DNA of 64,000 bases from Nitrosopumilus sp. Lineage in GTDB: Archaea > Thermoproteota > Nitrososphaeria > Nitrososphaerales > Nitrosopumilaceae. Positions 19,317-29,123 of the stretch are shown here, one piece after another (the stretch's first letter is position 1; every line of letters starts with the position of its first letter). The notes beneath the pieces are model-generated. The model searched no databases. It saw only the letters and a program-made list of their open reading frames with translations, and had not been told where the DNA came from. Made by a program: the position numbers and the translations under genes. The stretch is taken from NCBI GenBank assembly GCA_963662625.1, contig OY759726.1, positions 480,001 to 544,000 on the forward strand, read 5' to 3'.

Positions 19317-19598
19317 ATGGGCAGCGCGTGCACGAAATGCAAGGCGGCCATCGCCGACGGCGAGGAGATCGACCCGGTCGCCGCAAAGTACCCCGCCTGC
19401 GGCAAGTGCTGGGCAGAGTGGAAGGAGTACCGCGTCATGGTCATGAACGAGATGAGGCTGGACATGTCCATGCCGGACCACAGGAAGCTGCTTAAAAAGC
19501 ACGAGAAGATCTTCGTCGGCGTCCTGTCCCCGGAGGGAGACGTGATCGACTATGCCAACGAGGACAACAGGAGTCCGGACAAGCCCCCTGAGCCCTAG
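19317..19598 (+). CDS. Fe(II)-trafficking YggX-like protein
   Basis: C..CWAEWKEYRVMVMNEMRLD...HRKLL. Confidence 0.8.
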   Translation: MGSACTKCKAAIADGEEIDPVAAKYPACGKCWAEWKEYRVMVMNEMRLDMSMPDHRKLLKKHEKIFVGVLSPEGDVIDYANEDNRSPDKPPEP

Positions 19599-20056
19599 AG
19601 CCCCAGGCGCTCCCTTGCGCCGTCCGGGACTACCAGCAGGACGGCCCTCTTCCGCCCCTCCGGGAGCCGGGCGACCACCCTCCCCACCGTCCTGGAGATT
19701 ACCGCCTGCTCCTCCCCGCCCAGCGTCAGGAACACCCCCAGTATGCCGTCCAGGTGGAATCGGATCAGCGTCTCCGGGGACCTGGCCGCCTCGTCGACGT
19801 ATGCGGCGAACAGCTCCTCCCGTTGCCCCTCCGGGAACGCCGCCACCACCTCCAGCCAGGTCTTGAACAGCCTTGAAAAGTTGTGGAACGGGATCGAGGG
19901 GCCGGCCTCCAGCGCGTTGACTATGACCTCCCTCCTCTCGGGCCCCGCCAGCGAGAAGAACTCCGCCATCCTCTTCCTCAGTATGGGCTTCCTGAGGAAA
20001 TCTGGGAGGCTCGCCAGGTTCACGATTATGTTTCCCGCGTAGTTGGGCCCGGACAC
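19595..20056 (-). CDS. Conserved hypothetical protein
   Basis: Coding bias; NLASLPDFLRKPIL; TATA-like tract upstream. Confidence 0.8.
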   Translation of the reverse strand: MSGPNYAGNIIVNLASLPDFLRKPILRKRMAEFFSLAGPERREVIVNALEAGPSIPFHNFSRLFKTWLEVVAAFPEGQREELFAAYVDEAARSPETLIRFHLDGILGVFLTLGGEEQAVISRTVGRVVARLPEGRKRAVLLVVPDGARERLGL

Positions 20057-20483
20057 GGCTGATCCACTCCCCCCTCGGATATTAAGCCATGCGGCGCGCG
20101 CCTCCGGGCCCAGTAGATCGAAATGCGCCCCGGCGGGATGCCGGCCAGCGTGTCCTGGCCCGGTACGGGAACGTTTTGGACAGAAAAACCAACTGGTCAG
20201 GCGCCCCCGTAACCCGTCATGTACCCACGAAGTGCCCCCCGCCGCCCTTGCACCGGTTCCCCGCCCCGGAAGCCTTCACGCGGTTCCTTGCCGGAGCCGG
20301 CAGCCCGTTTGTTTGCTTCCTGGAGCGCTTATGGCAGGTACCGCCCGGAGCCGGCTTCTTGCGGGGCACGCATGGTTACCGGGGCCCGCGCCCGGGCGGC
20401 CGGACGCGGCTCGCGTGCCCGTGACGCCGGCGGGCCCTGCGGCATCGCTTTAGCTTAAATACGCGGGGGCCCAGCCCAACACT

Positions 20484-21497
20484 GTGGCGTCCACTGTGGT
20501 CGTCGGCGGGTTTTTCGGCGACGAGGGAAAGGGCAAGATCATCTCGTACCTGGCCGCGAGGGACGACCCCGCGATAGTGGTCCGCGGCGGCGCGGGCCCC
20601 AACGCCGGCCACACCATAAGCGACGGCGAGAGGGTCTACAAGGTGCGGATGCTGCCCAGCGGGTTCCTGAACAGGCGATCCAGGGTGATGATCGGCCCCG
20701 GCGTCGTGGTCAACCCCGGGGTCCTGCTGGGCGAGATCAGCGACTTTGGGGTGGCGGGCCGCGCGTTCGTTGACGGCAACTGCGGCATCATAGAGGAAGA
20801 CCACCTGGCCAGGGACTCCAGGGGGGACCTAAAGGAGAAGATAGGCAGCACCGGCTCGGGGACGGGCCCCGCCAACGCCGACAGGGCCATGAGGACCCTG
20901 AGGCTCGCGAGGGACGTGGACTCGCTCTCCTCCCTGGTGGCCGACGTGCCCGGGGAGGTGAACCGGGCGCTGGGCTCGGGCGAGCGCGTCCTCGTGGAGG
21001 GGACGCAGGGCACGTTCCTCTCCCTGTGGCACGGCACGTACCCGTTCGTGACGTCCAAGGACGTCACGGCGTCGGGCATCTGCGCCGACGTGGGCCTGGG
21101 CCCGAAGAGCGTCGGCGAGGTCATAGTGGTATTCAAGTCGTACGTGACGCGCGTGGGGACCGGGCCGCTGGAAAAGGAGCTCACGCCCGAGGAGGCCAGG
21201 GGCCGCGGCTGGTCCGAGTTCGGCACCGTCACCGGCAGGCAGAGGCGCGCGGCGGACTTTGACTTCGGCCTGGCCAGGCGCGCGGTCATGCTCAACGGCG
21301 CGACGCAGGTCGCGATCACGAAGCTGGACGTCCTTTTTCCCGCCTGCGCGGGCAGGACGTCCTACGACGGGCTCCAGCCCGAGGCGAGGGGCTTCATACG
21401 CGGCATAGAGGAGGGGCTTGGCGTGCCCGTCACGCTCATCGGCACCGGCCCCGGGGCGGCCGAGGTCGTAGACAGGAGGGGCGGGGTTCTTGGATAG
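20484..21497 (+). CDS. purA: Adenylosuccinate synthetase (short archaeal type)
   Basis: GDEGKGK, GPNAGHT, EGTQG, GTVTGR. Confidence 0.97.
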   Translation: MASTVVVGGFFGDEGKGKIISYLAARDDPAIVVRGGAGPNAGHTISDGERVYKVRMLPSGFLNRRSRVMIGPGVVVNPGVLLGEISDFGVAGRAFVDGNCGIIEEDHLARDSRGDLKEKIGSTGSGTGPANADRAMRTLRLARDVDSLSSLVADVPGEVNRALGSGERVLVEGTQGTFLSLWHGTYPFVTSKDVTASGICADVGLGPKSVGEVIVVFKSYVTRVGTGPLEKELTPEEARGRGWSEFGTVTGRQRRAADFDFGLARRAVMLNGATQVAITKLDVLFPACAGRTSYDGLQPEARGFIRGIEEGLGVPVTLIGTGPGAAEVVDRRGGVLG

Positions 21498-21527
21498 GTT
21501 TAATTTGTCAGCGCGCGCAAGGCTTCC

Positions 21528-22190
21528 GTGGACAGGTTACCCCGCTACATCCAAGTCCATTCGACGCTGGAATTTTCCAGGATGGTCTGCGCCCTAGAGC
21601 ACTCCCCGCGCGTGTCCTTCCTCCACGAGCACGACGGGAGGAAGGTCCTGTCGGTGCAGATGGACATACTCAAGGAAAAGCCCGTGGTGTACTTTACCCC
21701 GCTCGAGCACCGCGGGGACTACCTGTGCTACGGCATGAGGGGCGGGAAGGAGGAGTCCACGGTGGTCGACTCCACCTCGGACGCCAGCAAGATGTACTCC
21801 CCGATCGTCAGGATAAAGTCGCTCCCGTCCACGCTGAGGCCCGGCAACGGCACGCTTGACAGGTACCAGCCCATAGAGCTCGAGGACGTGTCCAGCCTCG
21901 CGAAGCTCACCTGGGGGCTCGAGGACGTCCCGTTCCCGCTGTTCCTGTTCCCCAGGAACGACAAGTGGCTCATGGGCGTCTTCATGACGTTCAACGACGA
22001 CGGGCCGTCCTACTTTTGCCACGTGGTCCTTGACAGCGAGCCCGAGAAGCCGTTCCTGAAGTTTTCGGCCAACGGCGGGACGGAGCCCACGTTCGTGGAC
22101 GGGCCGTCGGATCACGGCTACTCGTACACCAAGATCATAAAACTGAAGGACACCCACCCGCTAGTCGACTATGGACACCTTCAGAACTAG
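21528..22190 (+). CDS. Conserved hypothetical protein
   Basis: Strong coding bias; between purA and pyrF. Confidence 0.8.
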   Translation: MDRLPRYIQVHSTLEFSRMVCALEHSPRVSFLHEHDGRKVLSVQMDILKEKPVVYFTPLEHRGDYLCYGMRGGKEESTVVDSTSDASKMYSPIVRIKSLPSTLRPGNGTLDRYQPIELEDVSSLAKLTWGLEDVPFPLFLFPRNDKWLMGVFMTFNDDGPSYFCHVVLDSEPEKPFLKFSANGGTEPTFVDGPSDHGYSYTKIIKLKDTHPLVDYGHLQN

Positions 22191-22899
22191 GCTGTCCCGG
22201 ATCTCCGGGAAGAACGGCAGGGTGATCCTCGCGTGCGACCACGGGGGCGGCTCCGGGGACCTGGAGGCGCGGGCGATCCGGAGCATAGAGGAGCTGCACC
22301 CCTTCCTGTGCGGCGTGAAGCTGAACTTCCACCTGCTGCTGCCGCTGGGCGCCGGGGGGATCTCGAGGATCACCGGCGCGGCCCGCAGGCACGGCCTGCA
22401 GGCGATAGCCGACATCAAGCTGAACGACATAGGGAACACCAACGGGATCGCCGCCGGGCGCCTCTGGGACATGGGGTTTGACGCGGTGATCGCGAACCCC
22501 ATAATGGGGCTGGAAAGCATGAGGAGGCTGGCGGCGTCGGCCCACGGGGACGGCAGGGGCGTCATCAGCCTGTGCCACATGAGCGCCCCCGAGGCCAGGC
22601 TTGCCTACGAGATGGAGGTCGGGCCGCGGCGCCTCTACGAGGTCTTCCTGGACTGGGCGATCGAGAGCGGCGCGGACGGGATCATAGTCGGCGCGACCTT
22701 CCCGGAGGTGATCAGGCGCTGCTCGCGGGAGGCGCGCGGGACGCCGTGGGTGTTCTCCCCCGGGGTGGGGGCGCAGGGCGGCAGGCCGTCAGAGGCGCTG
22801 TCGGCGGGATCCGACTACCTCATCGCCGGGAGGGGCATCCTGGACGACCCGGACCCGGCGGCGGCGGCCAGGAGGATGCAGCTAGAGTGCTTCCCGTAG
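22171..22899 (+). CDS. pyrF: Orotidine 5'-phosphate decarboxylase
   Basis: ADIKLNDIGNT, SPGVGAQGG, GR. Confidence 0.95.
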   Translation: MDTFRTRLSRISGKNGRVILACDHGGGSGDLEARAIRSIEELHPFLCGVKLNFHLLLPLGAGGISRITGAARRHGLQAIADIKLNDIGNTNGIAAGRLWDMGFDAVIANPIMGLESMRRLAASAHGDGRGVISLCHMSAPEARLAYEMEVGPRRLYEVFLDWAIESGADGIIVGATFPEVIRRCSREARGTPWVFSPGVGAQGGRPSEALSAGSDYLIAGRGILDDPDPAAAARRMQLECFP

Positions 22900-23301
22900 C
22901 CGCGCCCGCGACTTTGAGAGGACGCCCCTCGCCTTCTCGAACGTCAGCCTCCCCATCGCGGCCCGGTAGTCCAGCCAGGCGTGGCCGACGTGCTCGTGGG
23001 AGAGCGCCACGTCCCCGGTGCCGGTCTCGCCCAGGAAGAACACGACCTTCTTGTTGATCACCCTGCCCTTGTGCTGGAATCTGTACCTGATCCGCTCCTC
23101 AAAGCCCTCGACGAACTCGATGTCGGTGATCCCGGTCTCCTCCTCGGCCTCCCTGAGCGCGGTCTGGTGCATGGACTCGCCCTCCTCCATCTTTCCCTTC
23201 ACAAAGTCCCAGTGGCCCGCAGGGTAGTGCAGCAGCAGGAACAGCACGCGCGAGCGCTCCCGCCTGAACACCACTATCCCCGCCGACGTCTTCCGTATCA
23301 C
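22882..23301 (-). CDS. NUDIX hydrolase (Ap4A hydrolase-like)
   Basis: GHWDFVKG..E.GE....ALREAEEETG, LSHEH. Confidence 0.92.
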   Translation of the reverse strand: MIRKTSAGIVVFRRERSRVLFLLLHYPAGHWDFVKGKMEEGESMHQTALREAEEETGITDIEFVEGFEERIRYRFQHKGRVINKKVVFFLGETGTGDVALSHEHVGHAWLDYRAAMGRLTFEKARGVLSKSRARLREAL

Positions 23302-24089
23302 TTCCCCATCTTCCTCCTCCGCTTCTGGAACGTCCTGATGGCCCTCATCAGGTCGATCTTCCTAAAGTCCGGCCAGAAGATGTCTATGAACACCAGCTCG
23401 CTGTACGCGCTCTGCCACATCAGGAACCCGCTCAGCCTCTTCTCCCCCGACGTCCTCAGTATCATGTCCGGCGACGGCTGGGGCAGGTGCGAGGTGTACA
23501 GGTTCGACTCGATCTCCTTCTTGTCGATGTCGTCTACGTCGAGCGAGCCGTCCTTTATCTTGCCCCCGATCTTCTTCACGGCGTCGACCATCTCGTTCTG
23601 CCCGCCGTACGCCAGCGCGATGTTCAGGAAGTGGTCGTCGTAGCCCCTGGTGGCCTCGTCCAGCCTCCCCAGGACCCCCCTTATCGAGTCGGGCAGCAGC
23701 TCGATCCTGCCTATCCCCTTGACCCTCATCCTGTTCCTGTGGATCCTCGGGTCGGCGCAAAGCTTCTCCAGCCTGGCCAGTATCAGATCGTAGAGGAGGG
23801 CCAGCTCGCGGTCGTCCCTGGACAGGTTCTCGGCCGACAGCGCGTACAGCGTGATGGTCTTTATGTCGAACTCCTCGCACCAGTCCAGGAGGTCCTCCAC
23901 CGCGTTGGCGCCGTTCCAGTGGCCCGTCCTGGACATGCTGAGGTGCTTCCTGGCCCACCGCCTGTTCCCGTCCAGGATCAGCGCGACGTGGTTCGGGATG
24001 TCGCCGTGGCGGATCTCGTCTTCGAGCCTCCGCGAGTAGATCCTATACAGGCCGGACGCCTGCAGCAGGGCCTCCTTTATGTTACTCAA
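23298..24089 (-). CDS. uppS: cis-prenyltransferase (UppS family)
   Basis: ILDGNRRWA, RTSGEKRLSGFLMWQ. Confidence 0.96.
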   Translation of the reverse strand: MSNIKEALLQASGLYRIYSRRLEDEIRHGDIPNHVALILDGNRRWARKHLSMSRTGHWNGANAVEDLLDWCEEFDIKTITLYALSAENLSRDDRELALLYDLILARLEKLCADPRIHRNRMRVKGIGRIELLPDSIRGVLGRLDEATRGYDDHFLNIALAYGGQNEMVDAVKKIGGKIKDGSLDVDDIDKKEIESNLYTSHLPQPSPDMILRTSGEKRLSGFLMWQSAYSELVFIDIFWPDFRKIDLMRAIRTFQKRRRKMGK

Positions 24090-24161
24090 GTGCTGTCACT
24101 CGGTTCTTGCTACGGTTCCCATGAGATATCAGTGTTTTTTCAGAACTCTTAAATCATAGTG

Positions 24162-25307
24162 TCAGCCGGGCTCCATCTCCTGGCTCCTGTTCTTCCTGTA
24201 CTTCCTGTACAGGATCGTGACCGAGATCAGCATCGCCGCGAGCCCCGCCAGCAGGGGCGGGACCAGCGTGAACGAGTTCACGTCGTGTATCAGGATGTTC
24301 GTGAACTGCGCGATCGTGGGGTACAACGCGGCCAGCACTACCAGCCGCAGGATGTCGCTGATCTGCCTGGGCACGCCCCCGATCCAGTTGCTGAGCAGGA
24401 TGCCCGCGAAGATGGCGCCGGCGCCTATCCACAGCATGGGTAGCGCCCCCGCGACGAACTGGCCGATGATCACCTTGTCCGTGATCTGCTCGATCAGCTC
24501 CGCGTTTCCCTCGAGCAGCCGCGCGTCGACCGACTCGATCCCCGCCGGCACCGACGAGAGCATCAGCAGGATCCCCGCGACCATCGTGAAGATCCTGATG
24601 AACCCCATCGGCGTGGGCCTGGACCAGTTGGACAGGGCCCGGTCTATGTCGAACGCCCTGACGATGAACGCGCCGCCCAGGATGCTCAGGAGCACCGCGA
24701 AGATCTCGGTGGTGAGCCCGAGGACCACCCCTATGCCGCCGATCAGCAGGAGTATCCCCGGCACGCCCAGGAAGAACTTGGAGTACTTCGAGTCGTACGC
24801 GATCATCTTCAGGTACTTGCCGAATACCGCGTAAGAGTACTCCACGCTCCTGCTGACCTTCATCACCACCCGCTGGACCGAGATCACCGGCAGGACGTTC
24901 TGGACCACCGGGATGACGCTCTCGTCGTCCTCGCCGTCGGACACTATGACTGCGCCGTTGGCCGAGAAGGCCTGCAGGGCGGCCTTCGTCTCCCTGAGTA
25001 TCTTCTCGTCTGCCTGGACCCCCCTGTCCTTGACGCCCGCGATGGTCACGACCTCGACCTCGTACCCCTTGCTGATCAGGTCCTCGTACGTCTTGATCGC
25101 CGAGAATATCGAGTTGGAGTCGGCGTCCTCCGGATCCTCCAGGGCCAGCCTCTGCGCCGCCTCTATGCACGCGTCCCTGCCGATGACCGGGGTGGCTATC
25201 CCCGCCTTCTCGCCCACGTCGTTGTCCCTGTCTATGCAGATTACCAGCAGCTTGTTTGCGGCGGACGCGTTCACGTCCTTTTCGACCTTGTCGGACCTCT
25301 GGGACAT
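24162..25307 (-). CDS. DUF373 membrane protein
   Basis: CIDRDNDVGEK, DPEDADSN, SDGEDDE plus TM helices. Confidence 0.9.
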   Translation of the reverse strand: MSQRSDKVEKDVNASAANKLLVICIDRDNDVGEKAGIATPVIGRDACIEAAQRLALEDPEDADSNSIFSAIKTYEDLISKGYEVEVVTIAGVKDRGVQADEKILRETKAALQAFSANGAVIVSDGEDDESVIPVVQNVLPVISVQRVVMKVSRSVEYSYAVFGKYLKMIAYDSKYSKFFLGVPGILLLIGGIGVVLGLTTEIFAVLLSILGGAFIVRAFDIDRALSNWSRPTPMGFIRIFTMVAGILLMLSSVPAGIESVDARLLEGNAELIEQITDKVIIGQFVAGALPMLWIGAGAIFAGILLSNWIGGVPRQISDILRLVVLAALYPTIAQFTNILIHDVNSFTLVPPLLAGLAAMLISVTILYRKYRKNRSQEMEPG

Positions 25308-25471
25308 TCCTTAGCTTTGCGCGGGATGACCTTTTAACGATTTCCAACTTTTAAAAATATTATAGTTAGGTTTTGGCGCCCCTCCCGTCCCGGCCGTGGC
25401 CGGGGCGGGGCCCGCTGCCATGCGCGGGCGGGGGCCCGTTCCGGCCGGGGCGCCCGGGGCCCGCCCCGCGG

Positions 25472-25960
25472 TCACGGCCTGGCCCGGTCGGACAGATCCA
25501 CCAGTTCCCGGTATTCCTTCTTGAGCGCGGCGATCTTCTCCAGGTTCTCCGCCGGCCCGCCGCCCCCCTTCATCAGCTCGGCGGCCACCCTGGTCTCGAC
25601 GACGTAGGAGTTGAACTTCCTCAGGGCGTCCATGTAGTTGATGTAGCTCTCCTCCCACTCCCCGGGGGGGTTGGACTTTACGAACTCCGTGATCTGCGCG
25701 GTGACCTGGGACGACGTGGCCTCCGTCGTCTCGACGTACGCGTCTGGCAACACCTTGCCGTCCATCATGCTCTGGAACTCCATGTCGACTGACTCCTCTA
25801 GCACCTCGTGGATTTTTTTTACGCCGTCCAGGTAGTTTTCGTAGTCGCTCACCACGAAGGTGGACGGGTTGTCCTGCGGCACCATCCAAAATACAAAGCT
25901 CGCGCCGGTTATCGCAGCAAGTATGAGTACGGTGATTGCTATGCCCCGCTTGGATGCCAA
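25472..25960 (-). CDS. Membrane-anchored helical hypothetical protein
   Basis: N-terminal anchor GIAITVLILAAITGASFVFW; likely TTG start at 25960. Confidence 0.78.
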   Translation of the reverse strand: MASKRGIAITVLILAAITGASFVFWMVPQDNPSTFVVSDYENYLDGVKKIHEVLEESVDMEFQSMMDGKVLPDAYVETTEATSSQVTAQITEFVKSNPPGEWEESYINYMDALRKFNSYVVETRVAAELMKGGGGPAENLEKIAALKKEYRELVDLSDRARP

Positions 25961-26201
25961 TTTGCAGTGCTTACGGACAGGGTGGTTATAACTTGTGGGC
26001 ATCTCCAGATCGCATCATTGCTGCGGAAAACCGCAAAAAATTAGCACAATCGGCGCATAACTTACAATTATTGAACGAGTGCGCCGGACGCGGGGGATTC
26101 GGCGTCGCGGGCCGCCCGCGGCAACTTACGCGCGTCTATCGTGTGGTGAAATTATTTTTACAGACTCTTCCTAAATACCACTGCGTATGACAACTTTTAG
26201 G

Positions 26202-26348
26202 ATGGCAGAAGCATATTGCGTAAAATGCAGAGCTAAAAGGGAGATAAAGAACCCGAAGAAAACCACGCTAAAGAACGGACGGCCGGCATTGAAGGGAACA
26301 TGTCCCGAATGCAGCACGAACGTCTTTCGAATTGGAAAGGTAGACTAG
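26202..26348 (+). CDS. DUF5679-like small zinc-ribbon protein (48 aa)
   Basis: Manual translation MAEAYCVKCRAKREIKNPKKTTLKNGRPALKGTCPECSTNVFRIGKVD. Confidence 0.88.
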   Translation: MAEAYCVKCRAKREIKNPKKTTLKNGRPALKGTCPECSTNVFRIGKVD

Positions 26349-26390
26349 CCTACAAGCACTTCCACTCGATCCCTCTTTTTCAAAAACCGC

Positions 26391-26759
26391 GTGGCTGGGA
26401 CGGGCATGCCGGAAGCAACACGGGGCAGGCCGTCGCCAAAGGGAAGGCCGCGCGGAGGCTGCGCCGGCACGATGGCCTTGGCACGGTCCCCCGCGATGCG
26501 GGCGGTTTCCAAGGGGCAGGCCGCGCGGAGGCTGCGCCGGAGGAATCGCGCGGTGCCGGCGGCACCACTGCCAAAGCCCCCGCGCCAGACGCCATTGCCG
26601 GCCCCGAGAAGCGGGCCGCGCCGGGCCCCGGGGGCGGGCCGGCCGTCGGGAACGTCCCTGGCAGACGAGCTGGAAAAGATCTCCAAGTTGAAAGAAGACG
26701 GCGTGCTGACGGACGGGGAGTTCCCCAGGATGAAAAGCAGGCTGATCGACAAGTCCTGA
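26391..26759 (+). pseudogene. SHOCT-domain gene, probably degraded/frameshifted
   Basis: C-terminal SLADELEKISKLKEDGVLTDGEF..MKSRLI is SHOCT-like; an upstream repeat is present in two different frames (73-bp period). Confidence 0.55.
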
Positions 26760-27015
26760 GCCCCAGCAAAGGCGGGCAACGGCCCGACCGAGTGGCGCGC
26801 CCGGGAATGCGCGCCGGCCATCCGCCCGCCGCGGCCGGGACGCGTCCCGCCTTGCGTGCGCCGGCTGCGCGGGCCGTCCGGCGCCCCCGCCGCGCCCCTC
26901 CCTTGGGCGGCCGTCCGGCGCCCCCGCGGGGCGGCACGGCGCCGCGCCTGCCCGGGAAGCCGCGCCGGGGCGTGATTTCAAAACCCATATAGGGTCTGGC
27001 GTACCGTGGCATACC

Positions 27016-27438
27016 ATGACAAAGGCGGAGTACGAGGGACTGCTCAAGAGGATCCAGGACAGCCTGGGCGACTCCAAGGAATCGTCGTCCAGCAGGTTCG
27101 AGCTTCCCACCGTGGACGTCATGTGGGAGGGCCAGAAGACGTTCCTGAGGAACTTTTCGGAGTTCCCGAAGGTCCTGAGGCGCGACCCGGACAAGGTCCT
27201 CCAGTACCTCTCAAAGGAGTTCGCGGTCCCCGCGGAGAGGCTGGGCGACAAGGCCATGTTCATCGGAAGGAGGGACGCCGAGGACTTTACGAGGCTCTTC
27301 CAGATATATGTCAAGGACTACCTGGAATGCCACACCTGCAAGAGCCCCGACACGAAGATCGTCAAGGAGAACAGGATCATATTCCTGATATGCGAGGCAT
27401 GCGGCGCAAAATCCACTCTCAAGGGCAAGTACGCATGA
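27016..27438 (+). CDS. eif2b: Translation initiation factor aIF2 beta
   Basis: KTFLRNF..RRDP..YL.KE; C-terminal C2-C2 zinc finger with PDT. Confidence 0.95.
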   Translation: MTKAEYEGLLKRIQDSLGDSKESSSSRFELPTVDVMWEGQKTFLRNFSEFPKVLRRDPDKVLQYLSKEFAVPAERLGDKAMFIGRRDAEDFTRLFQIYVKDYLECHTCKSPDTKIVKENRIIFLICEACGAKSTLKGKYA

Positions 27439-27734
27439 TGGCGTTCTCGGTCAAGGTGTCCGACTACCAGCGCAACTCCATGCTGAACATCTGCGACGAG
27501 GAGCTGCTGGGGACAACCGTCACCCAGGGAGACCTGAACATGGACATCGCAGAGTCCTACTACGGCGAGAGGATCGTCGGGGAGCCTGAGGCCAGGAAGC
27601 TGCTGGAGGGCGCGTCCATAATCAACATGGTGGGGGAGAAGGCCGTCTCGCTCTCGATCGAGATGGGCATCGGCTCGGAAAGCGGCGTGAAGACCATCTC
27701 CGGCGTCCCGTTCCTGATAGTCTTCAAGATGTGA
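27435..27734 (+). CDS. DUF424 protein
   Basis: ICDEELLG, YYG, IINMVG, GVPF. Confidence 0.9.
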   Translation: MMAFSVKVSDYQRNSMLNICDEELLGTTVTQGDLNMDIAESYYGERIVGEPEARKLLEGASIINMVGEKAVSLSIEMGIGSESGVKTISGVPFLIVFKM

Positions 27735-27774
27735 AAGGAAATCCATTTTAATGCAGCGCGGGCTAGGTTAATTC

Positions 27775-28554
27775 TTGGCAGCCGACATAAGCAAAAAGCA
27801 GGAGTCGAGGATCGACGAGAAGCTGATCTCAAAGTCCAGGAGGGGCCCCCGCGACGACGGGTTCAAGAGGGGGAAGGTGGTCAACGAGGTCCTGGACAAG
27901 CCGACTGTCATGACGCTCTACAAGATGATAAAGAACCGCGTCGTCTCCTACGTGAACGGCGCGGTGAGCGCCGGCAAGGAGTCGCTCCTGTTCTGGGCCG
28001 TGGACGAGGGGGGCTCCGACGTGGCGCTGAAGGTCTACCTCGTGAGCACCGCGAATTTCAAGAGGCGCGAGTCCTACATGGCCGGCGATCCCAGGTTTTC
28101 CAGGCTGAGGGGGGGGACGAGGAACCTGGTCTACGCGTGGGCGAGAAAGGAGTTCCACAACCTCTCCCGGTGCCGGGACGCCGGCATCGCGGTGCCCGTG
28201 CCGATAGCCCAGTCAAACAACGTGCTCGCGATGTCGTTCGTCGGCCGGGACGGCAGGCCCGCCAGGAGGCTGCTGGAGTCCGAGGCGGGCAGGGACGACT
28301 ACCTGCAGGCGGTGTCCATCCTGAAGCGGCTCTACGCGGGGGCGAGGCTGGCCCACGGGGACTTTTCGGAGTTCAACATATTCAAGACCCGGCAGGGGCT
28401 GGTCGTCTTCGACCTGGGCGCCGCCGTGGACCTGGGGCACCCGCGCGCGCTGGAGTTCCTCAGGAGGGACGTCGAAAACATCACCAGGTTCTTCTCCAAG
28501 AGGGGGATCCCCGTGGACGACCCGTCGGAGGTGTTCGGGAACATCGTGAAATGA
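27775..28554 (+). CDS. rio1: RIO1-family kinase
   Basis: SAGKES, KVY, WARKEFHNL, HGDFSEFNI. Confidence 0.94.
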   Translation: MAADISKKQESRIDEKLISKSRRGPRDDGFKRGKVVNEVLDKPTVMTLYKMIKNRVVSYVNGAVSAGKESLLFWAVDEGGSDVALKVYLVSTANFKRRESYMAGDPRFSRLRGGTRNLVYAWARKEFHNLSRCRDAGIAVPVPIAQSNNVLAMSFVGRDGRPARRLLESEAGRDDYLQAVSILKRLYAGARLAHGDFSEFNIFKTRQGLVVFDLGAAVDLGHPRALEFLRRDVENITRFFSKRGIPVDDPSEVFGNIVK

Positions 28555-29123
28555 GCTTTGAGAAGATGGTCCGCATACCGGGCGAGCGGATCGCCGTGCT
28601 TATCGGCAGATCCGGGGGCGTCAAGGCGGGGATAGAGGAGGCGTGCCGCGTCGCCGTGGACGTCGACGGGGAGACCGGGGACGTCGTGATCAGGTCCGCC
28701 GGGGACGTCGGGCAGATCCAGCCCTTCAAGGCGACGGAGATCGTGACGGCGATAGGCCGCGGGTTTTCGCCCGAGAACGCGATGGCGCTGCTGGAGGGGG
28801 ACAACATGCTGCACGTGATCGATCTCAGGGAGTTCGCCGGAAAGTCCAAGGCGAATATTGAAAGGATAAAAGGGAGGATAATCGGAGAAGGTGGTAAGGC
28901 TAGGCGAAACATGGAAAACCTGAGCAGGACCAAGATATCCGTTTACGGCAAGACGGTCTCGATCATCGGCAACACCGGCAACCTGAGGCGGGCAGTCGAC
29001 GCGATATCCTCCATATCCAACGGGAGCATGCACGGCACGGTCTACGGCAAGCTGGAGGCAGCGAACAGGAGGGAGAAGCTCGAAAGGATGAGGCTGTGGG
29101 AAGATCAAGATGTCTTCTCTTAA
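28551..29123 (+). CDS. KH-domain ribosome biogenesis protein (Dim2/Pno1)
   Basis: IAVLIG, AIGRGFSPE, KGRIIGEGGK; follows rio1. Confidence 0.93.
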   Translation: MSFEKMVRIPGERIAVLIGRSGGVKAGIEEACRVAVDVDGETGDVVIRSAGDVGQIQPFKATEIVTAIGRGFSPENAMALLEGDNMLHVIDLREFAGKSKANIERIKGRIIGEGGKARRNMENLSRTKISVYGKTVSIIGNTGNLRRAVDAISSISNGSMHGTVYGKLEAANRREKLERMRLWEDQDVFS

